From a virus (lineage: Duplodnaviria > Caudoviricetes), in the IMG/VR virus record IMGVR_UViG_2881966637_000002, positions 31,846-95,845 of that record: a stretch of 64,000 nt of DNA, one strand, 5' to 3'. The translations under genes were made by a program, and so were the position numbers. Below are positions 37,140-46,238 of the stretch, piece by piece. Position 1 is the first letter of the stretch. The number at the start of each line of letters is the position of its first letter. The notes under the pieces are model-generated. The model had not been told where the DNA came from and did no database searches. It worked only from the letters and a program-made list of their open reading frames with translations.

Positions 37140-37398
37140 TTATGATCAGGTCTACTTCAACGTAGGGGATACCATGCCCAACCCGTTCACAACGAACAAC
37201 CCTCACCCGTTCCTGTTGACCCCGGACGAAATCAAACAGCTCTTTAAGTCCGGCCAGTACGAGAACGTAGAAGGGCATGGCGTGAGAAGCTTTTACAAAT
37301 TCCCTGACAGCTTCGAGATCAGGAAGATTGTAAAGACCATCGCAACGGTAACGACAACCCCATCGCCAGAACAACTAGCCTCCGAGCTATATCTGTAG
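37075..37398 (+). CDS. Hypothetical early protein
   Basis: MITHTERQ start with A/C-rich leader. Confidence 0.55.
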   Translation: MITHTERQTWYSLVARKQLLGNYDQVYFNVGDTMPNPFTTNNPHPFLLTPDEIKQLFKSGQYENVEGHGVRSFYKFPDSFEIRKIVKTIATVTTTPSPEQLASELYL

Positions 37399-37440
37399 CC
37401 AGACAGCCCGTGAAGTCAATAACCACTAATCTGCATCCCG

Positions 37441-37890
37441 ATGAACTATTTGTGTCTTTACATCGACGGTAAGCCCAAGCCAATACAAGGGCCATTGCCA
37501 GAGCGTGAGATCGTAGATATGATCTCAATGGTGGGGCCTATCGAAGTACAATTGCCTTATGGCAATTGGTCGCGGTACATGCTGGCAAAAGACAAGCATT
37601 ACCCCAACACAAAAAAGGGTGACACTGCGCTTGTGGCAGACATAGCCGCCAACGCCGACCTGCTGGCAACGTTCCGAAAGCTAACCCGCCTTTTCTGGGT
37701 TGACTGCTATTACCCGGACGGCTCCGAGCCAATTCATTGCGAAACCATTAGAGCCGCCAACGAACAGATGGCAATCGAAAAAATGGAAGGCATCATGCGC
37801 TTTCGAGTGGACAGACACGACTTGCCGACTTTACGTTATAACGCTCGCACACGTCCCGGTACTGACTTGCCCAGACGGGCCGACCGATAA
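37441..37890 (+). CDS. Hypothetical early protein
   Basis: 149 aa co-oriented ORF. Confidence 0.6.
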   Translation: MNYLCLYIDGKPKPIQGPLPEREIVDMISMVGPIEVQLPYGNWSRYMLAKDKHYPNTKKGDTALVADIAANADLLATFRKLTRLFWVDCYYPDGSEPIHCETIRAANEQMAIEKMEGIMRFRVDRHDLPTLRYNARTRPGTDLPRRADR

Positions 37891-37918
37891 CAATTCCTAA
37901 CTAAAAAAATATACAATT

Positions 37919-38182
37919 ATGACTCCGAAAGAGAAAGCAATCGAACTGACCCTGGGTATCCTGCCTTACGCCTACTGCTACATGGGTAGTGGGATGTTGA
38001 CTAATGACTATGATCAGCGCGTGGCCCTGGACAGCGCACGTATGGCGGCTAGTAATGTTCTGGATTCCATAGCCCAGGTTGAGCAGGAAGCCAAACTGGT
38101 CGCGTACTGGCTGGCGGTTAAAAGTGAACTGCCGCGCATCACTTTTGACGATTTACCTAAGCCAGAAAAAAAGCAAGTGTAG
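37919..38182 (+). CDS. Phage protein of the MTPKEKAIEL type
   Basis: MTPKEKA.EL...YW..VK.EL pattern recalled from Bacteroidota phages. Confidence 0.7.
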   Translation: MTPKEKAIELTLGILPYAYCYMGSGMLTNDYDQRVALDSARMAASNVLDSIAQVEQEAKLVAYWLAVKSELPRITFDDLPKPEKKQV

Positions 38183-38280
38183 GCGTGAGCTCAAAACGAA
38201 CGACATACTTTTTGCACACTGCTGACAACTAGCTATAGTTGTTTTCTGGCCACGAGGCCAACCCCAATCAATACCCGATA

Positions 38281-38312
38281 GCCCTGTTACGTGCCACGTG
38301 ACGGGGCTTTTT
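38281..38312 (+). terminator. Intrinsic terminator of the early operon
   Basis: GCCCTGTTACGT-GCC-ACGTGACGGGGC followed by TTTTT. Confidence 0.75.
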
Positions 38313-38363
38313 CGTGCGGGTTATGCATGATACTACCGTTTACTCAATTCAGAAAAAAAGTTT

Positions 38364-38407
38364 GTACCAAATTTGGTACTTATTGTTTTGTGTACTACTT
38401 TTGGTAC
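38364..38407 (+). promoter_or_regulatory. Promoter overlapped by a palindromic operator
   Basis: GTACCAAATTTGGTAC (38364-79) over -33 TTTG; TACTTTTG -7 box at 38396 overlapped by half-site TTTGGTAC. Confidence 0.7.
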
Positions 38408-38435
38408 AAGTTAAACGCTAAACAAAAAAACAGAA

Positions 38436-38672
38436 ATGAAAACGGTATCATCAAAATCGCAAGCACTTGATTTAGACGCTCAAATTCACTTAGCACTGAA
38501 ACGTCATTATGGATTTGCCAAGCCTATTACAGATGGTCAATTTTATGAAACGCCTAAAGGGGAAGTGCAAATAAACTGGACCAACTCAGGGCTTGACCAC
38601 TTAAAAATTAACACTAGCGAAGGTTCGTGCTATGTCTCCTATACGGTTAAGCCTGACAAAGACCGGGACTAG
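38436..38672 (+). CDS. Hypothetical protein, first gene of a two-gene cassette
   Basis: A-rich leader and own promoter. Confidence 0.65.
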   Translation: MKTVSSKSQALDLDAQIHLALKRHYGFAKPITDGQFYETPKGEVQINWTNSGLDHLKINTSEGSCYVSYTVKPDKDRD

Positions 38673-38674
38673 TA

Positions 38675-38890
38675 ATGACTGAAGCCGAAAACCTAAAAGC
38701 CTGGTTCACGGAAAACCGGCGCAAGCTGGTTTCCGTGAAGGCAGTTGAAGAAATGGCGGGAGTGCCAGCGTCAACCCTAAAACACTTTCTGGATGGGCGC
38801 CGAGCTATTCCAGAACACCATTTGGAGAATATAGAAAACGTCCTCTCAACAATCGGTTATCAGTCAATCGAGCAACGCAATTTTTTATAG
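38675..38890 (+). CDS. Small XRE-like HTH protein
   Basis: SVKAVEEMAGVPASTLKHFLDGRR.IP. Confidence 0.75.
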   Translation: MTEAENLKAWFTENRRKLVSVKAVEEMAGVPASTLKHFLDGRRAIPEHHLENIENVLSTIGYQSIEQRNFL

Positions 38891-38895
38891 CCACG

Positions 38896-38928
38896 AAAAA
38901 GCCGCTCCCGAAACCGGGGCGGCTTTTT
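38896..38928. terminator. Bidirectional intrinsic terminator
   Basis: AAAAA-GCCGCTCC...GGGGCGGC-TTTTT between convergent genes. Confidence 0.8.
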
Positions 38929-38954
38929 ACATTCCTCTCAATATACTTTATTGC

Positions 38955-39644
38955 TTAAACGATTGGTTTGTCAATTCGTTCAGCGAGGTACCATTGCACC
39001 ACAGTATCTGGCTTCACCACAACCGGGTTTCCGTATGTCGAGCTCAGCACGACGCCATTATCAGCCATCGTGTAGCGGCCAATATGCAGTTCCTCGGCGG
39101 TCTGAGCCACGTAGAGCCGCCCGATCTGTAGCTTACCCGGCTCGGTCCTGACGCAAATCAGCTGGGAACCCAGCGGCATATCAGCTCCGAAGTCGTGAGT
39201 GGTCACCGGAAAGCTGTAACAATCGGTCGGGATCAGGTCGTACGGAATCCCGATGCGGTGGGGCGACTTTAACCACTGACCTATATCCCGGCTGGAAATG
39301 AATCGCAGATTACCGCCCTTATGCCGCTCTAACGACGCCAAGACCTGCTCGGCGGTCGGCTGGGTTTTACTGATCGGGGAGAACATGGGCAGCGTACCCC
39401 GGTCGATGTAGTCCGGGTTCGCACCCAGGATCAAAATGTACTGCTGCCGACCGTGTTTACCCAGCGTGAGATAACCCCGCTCGTAGCCACTGATCGTGCC
39501 CTGTCCGTTGGCCAGCTTGAACAGTTTACCCAGGGCCAGCTGGGTGAGCCCCTTCGCTCGCCGGATCTCGTAAAGCCGCCGACCCGTTTCAAGGGTTTCC
39601 GGCGTGGGCTCGTGCCGTGTTGTCACTTCACTTTTATCAATCAT
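38955..39644 (-). CDS. XRE-family repressor-like protein with degenerate S24-like C-terminal domain
   Basis: RLYEIRRAKGLTQLALG...TISGYERG; beta-rich C-terminus without an obvious catalytic SM motif. Confidence 0.75.
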   Translation of the reverse strand: MIDKSEVTTRHEPTPETLETGRRLYEIRRAKGLTQLALGKLFKLANGQGTISGYERGYLTLGKHGRQQYILILGANPDYIDRGTLPMFSPISKTQPTAEQVLASLERHKGGNLRFISSRDIGQWLKSPHRIGIPYDLIPTDCYSFPVTTHDFGADMPLGSQLICVRTEPGKLQIGRLYVAQTAEELHIGRYTMADNGVVLSSTYGNPVVVKPDTVVQWYLAERIDKPIV

Positions 39645-39706
39645 AATATGGTATTTGCTATGTTAAAAATAAGGTTTTTGACATGATAAACCGCTAAAAA
39701 AAAGCA

Positions 39707-40156
39707 CTATTTAGCCTGTGTATCAGTTAGTTTCAGTAAGGTTTCTATCGCGGGTATCGGCTCATGCCAGCGGGCCACGACCTGCTGGGTAGCCGCTTTG
39801 TGACTCGATACCAGCCGCCGGATATTGACCTGCTGACCGGGCTCGTGGGATTGGTGCGCGAGCCGGTCCAGGTGCTGAACCACCATCGCCAGGGCCAGCA
39901 CGGGGTAGTCCAGTAGCGAGGGGTCAGCGAGTGTATATACGTTATGGTCCAGGTAGCGTTGCAGATCGAGCTCGCGTAGCTTGCCGCTTTTCAACTGGGT
40001 ATGCAGCACGGCACGGGCAACGCGACGGTCGCGTGTTGAGCTATCCAGTTCCGGGCAGGTTCGGTTTAGGTAAGCGGTTGCGTACGCTACTTCCGTCGCG
40101 ATCTCGGTAAGCGATCGGGCCGGGGTAAAGAATAGCGTACGCAACTTGTCAAACAT
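39707..40156 (-). CDS. Hypothetical protein in the immunity operon
   Basis: 149 aa, co-oriented with the repressors. Confidence 0.6.
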   Translation of the reverse strand: MFDKLRTLFFTPARSLTEIATEVAYATAYLNRTCPELDSSTRDRRVARAVLHTQLKSGKLRELDLQRYLDHNVYTLADPSLLDYPVLALAMVVQHLDRLAHQSHEPGQQVNIRRLVSSHKAATQQVVARWHEPIPAIETLLKLTDTQAK

Positions 40157-40157
40157 A

Positions 40158-40397
40158 TCAGTCAGGTTCTTTGTGAGGGTCGATCGCCCGGATACCCAGG
40201 GTCAGGAGTTCCTTGATCAACTGCTGCTCCCGGCATAACGCGTCCTGGAGCAGTCGGTGCATTAATTGTAATCGCTCACAGTGGGAACAATCGCGCTCAC
40301 TGTGGATACCAGCATCGTTCTTGTTGTTGTGGCCACTCTGATTGATAATCGTCGTGTCGCCAATGTGATGATTCGTTGTTGGATGGGTCTTACTCAT
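40158..40397 (-). CDS. Small protein resembling the C-terminal half of the adjacent repressor
   Basis: TTIINQSGHNNKN...EQQLIKELL versus NTITQRGTNNTN...ENALKDELL. Confidence 0.55.
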   Translation of the reverse strand: MSKTHPTTNHHIGDTTIINQSGHNNKNDAGIHSERDCSHCERLQLMHRLLQDALCREQQLIKELLTLGIRAIDPHKEPD

Positions 40398-40494
40398 AAG
40401 TTGTGGAGAGGGTTTGTAACCCCACAATAACGTAAGTACCCTGACTTGGTTTATAGATTTTATGAAAACAGTACCATTTATTCACTTTGCGGTA

Positions 40495-40866
40495 TCAGTC
40501 CGTCGCGTTGCCCCGATCAAGTAACTTTTTGTACGCGTTTAGCAACTCATCTTTCAACGCGTTTTCCCGCTCCAGCTGCTCAATGCGCTGTTGCAGACTA
40601 CTAACATCACCCTTGATACTGGCCGTGTTCGTGTTGTTCGTGCCGCGCTGGGTAATTGTATTGGTTTCGTTACCCGGCAGCAGGTCGGTTGTAGTGACAC
40701 CCAGCAACTCCGCGAACACCGGTAAATACTTCTCTTTCTTTAGTTCGCCCGTTTTCAGAATCGTGTGCAACGTCGTCCGGCCAATACCCGCCTGTTTCGC
40801 AAAGGTTTCTTGCGTCCAGGCACTGGTATCAATATACCGCTGAAGTTTTTGGGCATTAATCATCAT
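40495..40866 (-). CDS. XRE-family HTH repressor (CI-like)
   Basis: TQETFAKQAGIGRTTLHTILK; divergent from the cro-like gene. Confidence 0.8.
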   Translation of the reverse strand: MMINAQKLQRYIDTSAWTQETFAKQAGIGRTTLHTILKTGELKKEKYLPVFAELLGVTTTDLLPGNETNTITQRGTNNTNTASIKGDVSSLQQRIEQLERENALKDELLNAYKKLLDRGNATD

Positions 40867-40879
40867 TGATAATCAGCTA

Positions 40880-40990
40880 GTTGAGTACTTTTTGTTCAAA
40901 AACTTCAACTTTTTGTTCCAAAAGTTTGGTTTTATTGTTCAGTTTGTTCAGTTTTGTATCAGAGATAACTAAGCAATAGCAGAACAATAG
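40880..40990. promoter_or_regulatory. Lysis/lysogeny switch region with TTGTTC operator-like boxes
   Basis: ACTTTTTGTTC at 40887 and 40908; TTGTTC at 40935 and 40944; inverted GAACAA at 40982. Confidence 0.65.
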
Positions 40991-40997
40991 CAAAAGT

Positions 40998-41261
40998 ATG
41001 GAAGAGAAACAGAAAAACAAGAGACGAGCCAGGAAAACGTTTAGTCCACTTAGTGAACGGTTTAGGTCGGCTTACTTCAAGTTGTCTCACCGTCAACGAA
41101 CACAGTGCAAGCTGGCATTCTGCAAAAAGTTTGGTATGGTCCAGGATACGTTCCGGCATAAAGTATCGGCCTCGTTCAATGTCACAGAAACGGAAGTAAT
41201 CTGGCTTGAACGATACACGGAAAAGTCGGGGGAGTTAATTGAACAAACTGAACAGGTATAA
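40998..41261 (+). CDS. Cro-like small DNA-binding protein
   Basis: First rightward gene; basic; AFCKKFGMVQDTFRHKV is HTH-like. Confidence 0.6.
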   Translation: MEEKQKNKRRARKTFSPLSERFRSAYFKLSHRQRTQCKLAFCKKFGMVQDTFRHKVSASFNVTETEVIWLERYTEKSGELIEQTEQV

Positions 41262-41272
41262 TTCGACTCGCT

Positions 41273-42046
41273 ATGATTCAGGCATTCGACTATAACAACA
41301 CAGCAATCGAGTTCGAGCTGATCGACGGTGAGCTATACGCCAATGCTACCGCGATGTGTCTGGTTAAAAAGAAACGGCCAGCCGCCTGGCTTCAAAACGA
41401 GTCCACCAAACGGTACATAGCCGCTTTGAAGGCGAAGTCAGGAATCCTGACATCGCTCATAATCAGCAGAAAGGGCGGTACCGACGCAGGGGGCACAACA
41501 TGGATACACGAAAAATTGATCCTGAAGCTGGCTTCGTGGCTTGATGTTGACTTTGAGGTATGGTGCGATGAAAAGGTGGCTGAACTGCTTCGTACCGGAA
41601 CGGCAACGCTGGATATTAGCCCGCTATCCGGGTCGGACGCCGACCCGCTACTGACCTTCACGCAAAGGCCCAAACAGATTGCCAACAGTAAGGAGGTCAA
41701 CAGCTTTAATTTCTCGCAGGGTGGCAAACAGCAGGCTATCGACTATAACCGGGCCAACTGCTTCCACCACACAGGAAAGACCCCTCAAGAAATTCTACTC
41801 TGGGCCAAATCAAAGGGCATTCCATCCAGGCATCGCACCTCAGCCAAAGAAGTGATCAGAACTTTTAAGCCCGCCGTGGCCTCGTCAATGGCACTAGCTG
41901 ACGACTTCTGCAAGACGGGCCGGATTAGTATAGACGAAGCTTCGATCATCTGTAAGGCTCACGCGCTGCCACTATTTCAAAAGATGCAGGAGCTGGGAAT
42001 CACCACACCTCCCGCCACTGTCCCACAACTTAAACAAGCACGATAA
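41273..42046 (+). CDS. KilA-N domain protein (antirepressor-like)
   Basis: YANATAM...KRPAAWL...GTTWIHEKLILKLASWLDVDFEVWCDE. Confidence 0.9.
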   Translation: MIQAFDYNNTAIEFELIDGELYANATAMCLVKKKRPAAWLQNESTKRYIAALKAKSGILTSLIISRKGGTDAGGTTWIHEKLILKLASWLDVDFEVWCDEKVAELLRTGTATLDISPLSGSDADPLLTFTQRPKQIANSKEVNSFNFSQGGKQQAIDYNRANCFHHTGKTPQEILLWAKSKGIPSRHRTSAKEVIRTFKPAVASSMALADDFCKTGRISIDEASIICKAHALPLFQKMQELGITTPPATVPQLKQAR

Positions 42047-42396
42047 TGGCTACTGCTGAGAAATCGAAAAATCCGCTACTGCTTTTTATTGATCCGGATC
42101 AGCTAAAAAAGCTGCCTTTGTCCGAACTAAGTATGCTGGATGAATTTGTTGAGGGCGAGATGGGCCGCTTCTATCAGCAAAGTAAGCTGAGTGATAATAG
42201 CCATGCCTTACAGGTAATGGAAATCCTTGAAATCGCTTCCGAACTGATCGCAAAGGCTTATCGGGAAAAGGTACGCACGTATGTCTGCATCAAAATGCCG
42301 GACGGAAGCGACGCCCTTGATGTCGTGGCACCGGTGAAGGGAGTAGAGCACCATTCTAACTTTCCGATTTATGGAGATCGTAATCCTGCTGCCTGA
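42046..42396 (+). CDS. Hypothetical protein
   Basis: TAATG coupling. Confidence 0.6.
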   Translation: MATAEKSKNPLLLFIDPDQLKKLPLSELSMLDEFVEGEMGRFYQQSKLSDNSHALQVMEILEIASELIAKAYREKVRTYVCIKMPDGSDALDVVAPVKGVEHHSNFPIYGDRNPAA

Positions 42397-42565
42397 GCAA
42401 CTGGACGAGTTGGAGGAACTACTCAGGGACAACGAGCTGACCTACGAGTCTCACGCCAAATTCATTCTGCAAAAAGCGTATTTTCTCTACCGGCGCGAGG
42501 GCAAGACACATCACGACACCATGCAGGTATTGCGCCACAAAATTAACGAGTACTACTATGGATAG
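42371..42565 (+). CDS. Hypothetical protein
   Basis: Overlapping co-oriented ORF. Confidence 0.55.
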   Translation: MEIVILLPEQLDELEELLRDNELTYESHAKFILQKAYFLYRREGKTHHDTMQVLRHKINEYYYG

Positions 42566-42866
42566 ACAAGTGATCATGGTCACGACCGAGGAAAGTTTAA
42601 GAGCCCTGGCCTATATGGTCGCTGATATTATCCGCAGCGACGAAAAGAAACCCGACACCGAACGGTTCATTGCCGTGGAGCTCGCTAAGAAAATCGGGAT
42701 CGGGCCGCGCCGGGTACGAACCGCGATAGCCGAGGGCCACTACGGAACGGTGTATACGAAGGGAGGCAGAACGATGTATTACGGCACGGTGACCGAGGCC
42801 AGGGCGTACCACTTCGAGAACATCAGCAAAAAAAAGACGCCGGCCAGAAACCAACGTCTTTCGTAA
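42558..42866 (+). CDS. HTH protein, excisionase-like
   Basis: IAVELAKKIGIGPRRVRTAIAEG. Confidence 0.6.
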   Translation: MDRQVIMVTTEESLRALAYMVADIIRSDEKKPDTERFIAVELAKKIGIGPRRVRTAIAEGHYGTVYTKGGRTMYYGTVTEARAYHFENISKKKTPARNQRLS

Positions 42867-42897
42867 CTCTTAAAAAAACCTTTTAAAACTTTTTACC

Positions 42898-43302
42898 ATG
42901 CAACTAATCTGCCCAGTTACAACCACAACAACCACAACACGTATCCAAAAGTTCGAACCGATCAGCACTCGACTCGAACGAACCATTCAGAAAATCGGGC
43001 TACCGGAGGGGTTATCTATCGGTGTTGAGGAATCAGGACCACTCGAAGTAACGATCGCGGTGTCGGGCTCGATCCGCACCAGTATCGCCGGGGCGGACCC
43101 CGACGAGTTCGGCTTCGAGTGGAACAGTACCGATGTTGAGGATGAAGTCTCGCTGACACACAGCCCCAACCCCGATATCCATAAACTTGCCGACGAAGCG
43201 ATCGACGCGATAAACGAGCTGGTCAAGGACCTGCGCGATCAGGCGGACGAGGAACGCGATAGCCATGACAACGATCTGTACCAGCTGTCCACGTATTATT
43301 GA
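42898..43302 (+). CDS. Acidic hypothetical protein
   Basis: D/E-rich C-terminus; conserved leader. Confidence 0.65.
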   Translation: MQLICPVTTTTTTTRIQKFEPISTRLERTIQKIGLPEGLSIGVEESGPLEVTIAVSGSIRTSIAGADPDEFGFEWNSTDVEDEVSLTHSPNPDIHKLADEAIDAINELVKDLRDQADEERDSHDNDLYQLSTYY

Positions 43303-43332
43303 TTTACCCATTTAAAAAACCTTATTAAAACC

Positions 43333-43938
43333 ATGAAAAATCTGCTCACAACCAAAAACTGGGGGTGCCCCGACACCTGGCCGATCGACGCGGCTATCGT
43401 GGCCGAAGCGGCCTGGAACCTGGCCGATACCGCCGAACGGCTGCACGGCTGCTCACTGCGTGAGGCCGATGTATCGAAAAGTTACGGCCGGGAGTTTGCC
43501 GGGGTTGATCTGCTGCTGGCCGTGCCGCAGCTGGCTGGTACCATGCGGTTTCCCAAAGCCGTACTCTGGCTGATCCGCAACGAGGTATTGCAATCGGTCG
43601 ATGTGCTGAACTGGGACACGCTATTTATCCCCAGCCTGTTTATCGAGGATCAACAGGAAGCGTATCGAACCCTTCGGACCCGGACCAATCGGTTAGCGGA
43701 TTTGCTGATCGCGGCCCACCTGCACTATACCGACGCACAGCGGGAAGCGCGGGTCAGCATCGGGCTGTCCCACACCTATTTCGCCAATATCAAGGCTATG
43801 CGGAAAGAAAAGCAGTACTACCGGCTGCAACGGCTCGCTATTGCCTGGCTGAAAGCGGGCGCGATTGATCTGGAACTGTGGGGCGAACGACTGGCCGCTG
43901 GTAAAGACTCGCTACTCGACCTGACCTATGCCCGGTAA
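43333..43938 (+). CDS. Hypothetical protein
   Basis: Conserved leader AAAAACCTTATTAAAACCATG. Confidence 0.7.
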   Translation: MKNLLTTKNWGCPDTWPIDAAIVAEAAWNLADTAERLHGCSLREADVSKSYGREFAGVDLLLAVPQLAGTMRFPKAVLWLIRNEVLQSVDVLNWDTLFIPSLFIEDQQEAYRTLRTRTNRLADLLIAAHLHYTDAQREARVSIGLSHTYFANIKAMRKEKQYYRLQRLAIAWLKAGAIDLELWGERLAAGKDSLLDLTYAR

Positions 43939-44032
43939 ACGGTTCTGGCAAAGCTTCACGGCACTGACCGTGGCCCTGGCCCTGTATGTCCTCTGGCACT
44001 TATCCATCACGTTTATATACCCCTATTTATGA
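43928..44032 (+). CDS. Small membrane peptide (34 aa)
   Basis: MPGKRFWQSFTALTVALALYVLWHLSITFIYPYL; ATGA-coupled to the next gene. Confidence 0.55.
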   Translation: MPGKRFWQSFTALTVALALYVLWHLSITFIYPYL

Positions 44033-44442
44033 ATACCGAAACAAAAGCACCCGACAAAAAAAACACCAGTCAATTACTGGTCAAAATTGACAGTACCTGT
44101 AGTGGAGCATGGTTTACCATTGTTCAACCCTGCATTGACCCCGAAACACAGGAAGAATGGGACAATGAAATTGCCCGTAGTAGCACAGCCTATGTATTTG
44201 ACTACGAAAAATATGGCAATACCACCGCCGTGACTTATAACGAACGGCCCGATATGTGGAAAGCCGAGCCGGATCATGACGAGATAAAGAACTTAATAAA
44301 CCTCATGGCCACAGCCCCTGAACTGTTTGAATGCCTGAGAGACTGCACGTTTGCCCTTTCAGACCCAAACGTTTCCAGGCGAGAAATTAATCGTGTGTTA
44401 GAACAAGCCGCAAGTGCCCTAAAAAGAGCCAATGGGAACTAA
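44029..44442 (+). CDS. Hypothetical phage protein
   Basis: NLMATAPELFECL motif. Confidence 0.7.
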   Translation: MNTETKAPDKKNTSQLLVKIDSTCSGAWFTIVQPCIDPETQEEWDNEIARSSTAYVFDYEKYGNTTAVTYNERPDMWKAEPDHDEIKNLINLMATAPELFECLRDCTFALSDPNVSRREINRVLEQAASALKRANGN

Positions 44443-44647
44443 AATAAACCTCCGAAACCTGTGGCCTGTGCTGTGCAGCATCGCCAGCATCGCCCTGTTC
44501 ATTTACGCCGGCTATACCCGGTACGAAGCCGGCGATAAGCAGACGGCCTCCTTTATCTGGCTGCTCACGCCCTGGGTCGCCATTGCCCTCGCGGCTATGA
44601 TCTGGCTCGACAGAACTACCTCACACGACTTCGACCAAAAGGGGTAA
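44432..44647 (+). CDS. Small two-TM membrane protein
   Basis: Two hydrophobic helices. Confidence 0.65.
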   Translation: MGTKINLRNLWPVLCSIASIALFIYAGYTRYEAGDKQTASFIWLLTPWVAIALAAMIWLDRTTSHDFDQKG

Positions 44648-44687
44648 CCTCTGGTGACGGGCCGGTTCGATTCCGGCCCTGGTCGCA
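44630..44687 (+). other. tRNA-like fragment (T-arm with partial acceptor pairing)
   Basis: GGGCCGG-TTCGATT-CCGGCCC; CGACCA/TGGTCG pairing; too short for a full tRNA. Confidence 0.45.
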
Positions 44688-44721
44688 ATGCATAAGCAGA
44701 CAACGATTCAATCGTCAAATT

Positions 44722-45666
44722 ATGAACACACGTCCCATAGTACTAGGGCTCCACGGAGATCCCTCGATCGGCAAAAGCACCACGGCCCTGACCGCTGGTA
44801 ACGTTTTACCTCTTGATTTCGACATGGGCCTGGACCGGGCCGGTATCGCGGCCGACGCGTATCCGATCCATTCCTGGCCCGATGCGGTCGCCATGCTCGA
44901 CAGCGAAGCGTTCGAGTTCTGCGACGCCGTGGTGATCGACACGGCCAAAACCTGCCTTGATAACTTCCTGGCCGAGTACGTGATGAAACAGGATCACAAA
45001 AACAAGCGCGGCAACGTGCTGAGCCTACAGGGTTACGGTGCGCTGGGCAACGAGTTCAAAACCTGGCTCAACCGGATTCGCCGGGCGGGTAAGGACGTGA
45101 TCTGGGTTGCCCATACCAAAGATGAAAAGGACGGCGACGACGTTGTGAAAACACCCAACATCACGGGCGGCAGCTACGACTTGTTGATGCAATGCACCGA
45201 CCAGCTGGGGTACATGACGACCCAGAGCGGGAAGCGCATGATCAAGTTTCAGATCAGCGAGAAATACCGCTCGAAGGACAGTGCGTATATCGGGGAAGTT
45301 ACTATCCCGCCCATCAAGCACGACTCGCACGGCTTCTTTCTGTACGGGGTCATTGAGCAGGTCCGCAGCAGCCTGGCCGACCGGACCAAAAAAGCGAAGT
45401 CAAAGGGTGAGGTCTGGGGTGAGATCAAAAAGGCCGTGCTGTCCAGCACCGACGCTGACAGTTTGAACAAGTTTATCGCCACGCTCAGCGGGGATACCTA
45501 TACCGCTCCGGATAAAGCATACGCCAAGCCCCTGATCGTGAGTCGTGCCAGAGAGCTGGACCTGCGCTTTAACCGCGATCTGGCGGTGTACGAATCCGCC
45601 ACCGCCCCGGTGCCCGCTCCGGTGTCCGACGTACCGGCAGACGAGCCCGTTTCCCAACCTGCATAA
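44722..45666 (+). CDS. AAA_24 / Sak4-like ATPase (recombination)
   Basis: GDPSIGKST Walker A, LDFDMG, VVIDT, WVAH. Confidence 0.85.
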   Translation: MNTRPIVLGLHGDPSIGKSTTALTAGNVLPLDFDMGLDRAGIAADAYPIHSWPDAVAMLDSEAFEFCDAVVIDTAKTCLDNFLAEYVMKQDHKNKRGNVLSLQGYGALGNEFKTWLNRIRRAGKDVIWVAHTKDEKDGDDVVKTPNITGGSYDLLMQCTDQLGYMTTQSGKRMIKFQISEKYRSKDSAYIGEVTIPPIKHDSHGFFLYGVIEQVRSSLADRTKKAKSKGEVWGEIKKAVLSSTDADSLNKFIATLSGDTYTAPDKAYAKPLIVSRARELDLRFNRDLAVYESATAPVPAPVSDVPADEPVSQPA

Positions 45667-45690
45667 GTTCACCTATAACCATACATAACG

Positions 45691-46194
45691 ATGCCAAATT
45701 GGTTTCTGGGCAGCATTGCCTACCAACAGCCTATTGACGACGCGAGTGTCGGAACGAAAAACCAGGAGTTCGCGAAGGTAAAAAAGATCACGGAGACATA
45801 CCTGTTCGACGCCGTGAGCCATTCCGATGCCGAGGCCCGGTTGTATCAGGAGATTGCTGCCAACACGCCCGATTTCGAGGTGACCAAAATTGCCCGCATG
45901 AAACTGGCCGACGTGATCAACACGGAGAACGGGGGCGATACGTGGTTCAAAATAAAGGTGCTGTTTATCACCGACGACGAGAAAACCGGCAAGCAAAAGA
46001 AATCACCCAGCGTGATTCTGGCCAACGCCGAGACGCCGAAACAGGCGTACGATCGCGTCGAGCAGCTGCTGAAAACGTCCCTGGACCCGCACGAGATCAC
46101 GGACGTGATCAAAACGAAGATATTGGATATCTACCCCTACGATGAAACAGCTCGCTTAAAGCCGCTGAGTCAGGTCAGTAGCGAACCGGCTTAA
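45691..46194 (+). CDS. DUF4494 family protein
   Basis: KKITETYLFDAVSHSDAEAR...WFKIKVLFITDDEKTGKQKK...KTKILDIY. Confidence 0.85.
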   Translation: MPNWFLGSIAYQQPIDDASVGTKNQEFAKVKKITETYLFDAVSHSDAEARLYQEIAANTPDFEVTKIARMKLADVINTENGGDTWFKIKVLFITDDEKTGKQKKSPSVILANAETPKQAYDRVEQLLKTSLDPHEITDVIKTKILDIYPYDETARLKPLSQVSSEPA

Positions 46195-46238
46195 TCAACC
46201 GCCCGCTGGCGGGACCAGCGGGCAAAACATCCCTTCCT

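Noticed and set aside
38224-38242. Hairpin sharing CAACTAGCTAT with the hammerhead loop
   Set aside because: No catalytic core nearby; an 11-nt match could be chance
44600-44690. Full tRNA gene
   Set aside because: Too short, lacks a full D-arm and anticodon arm, and overlaps a CDS end
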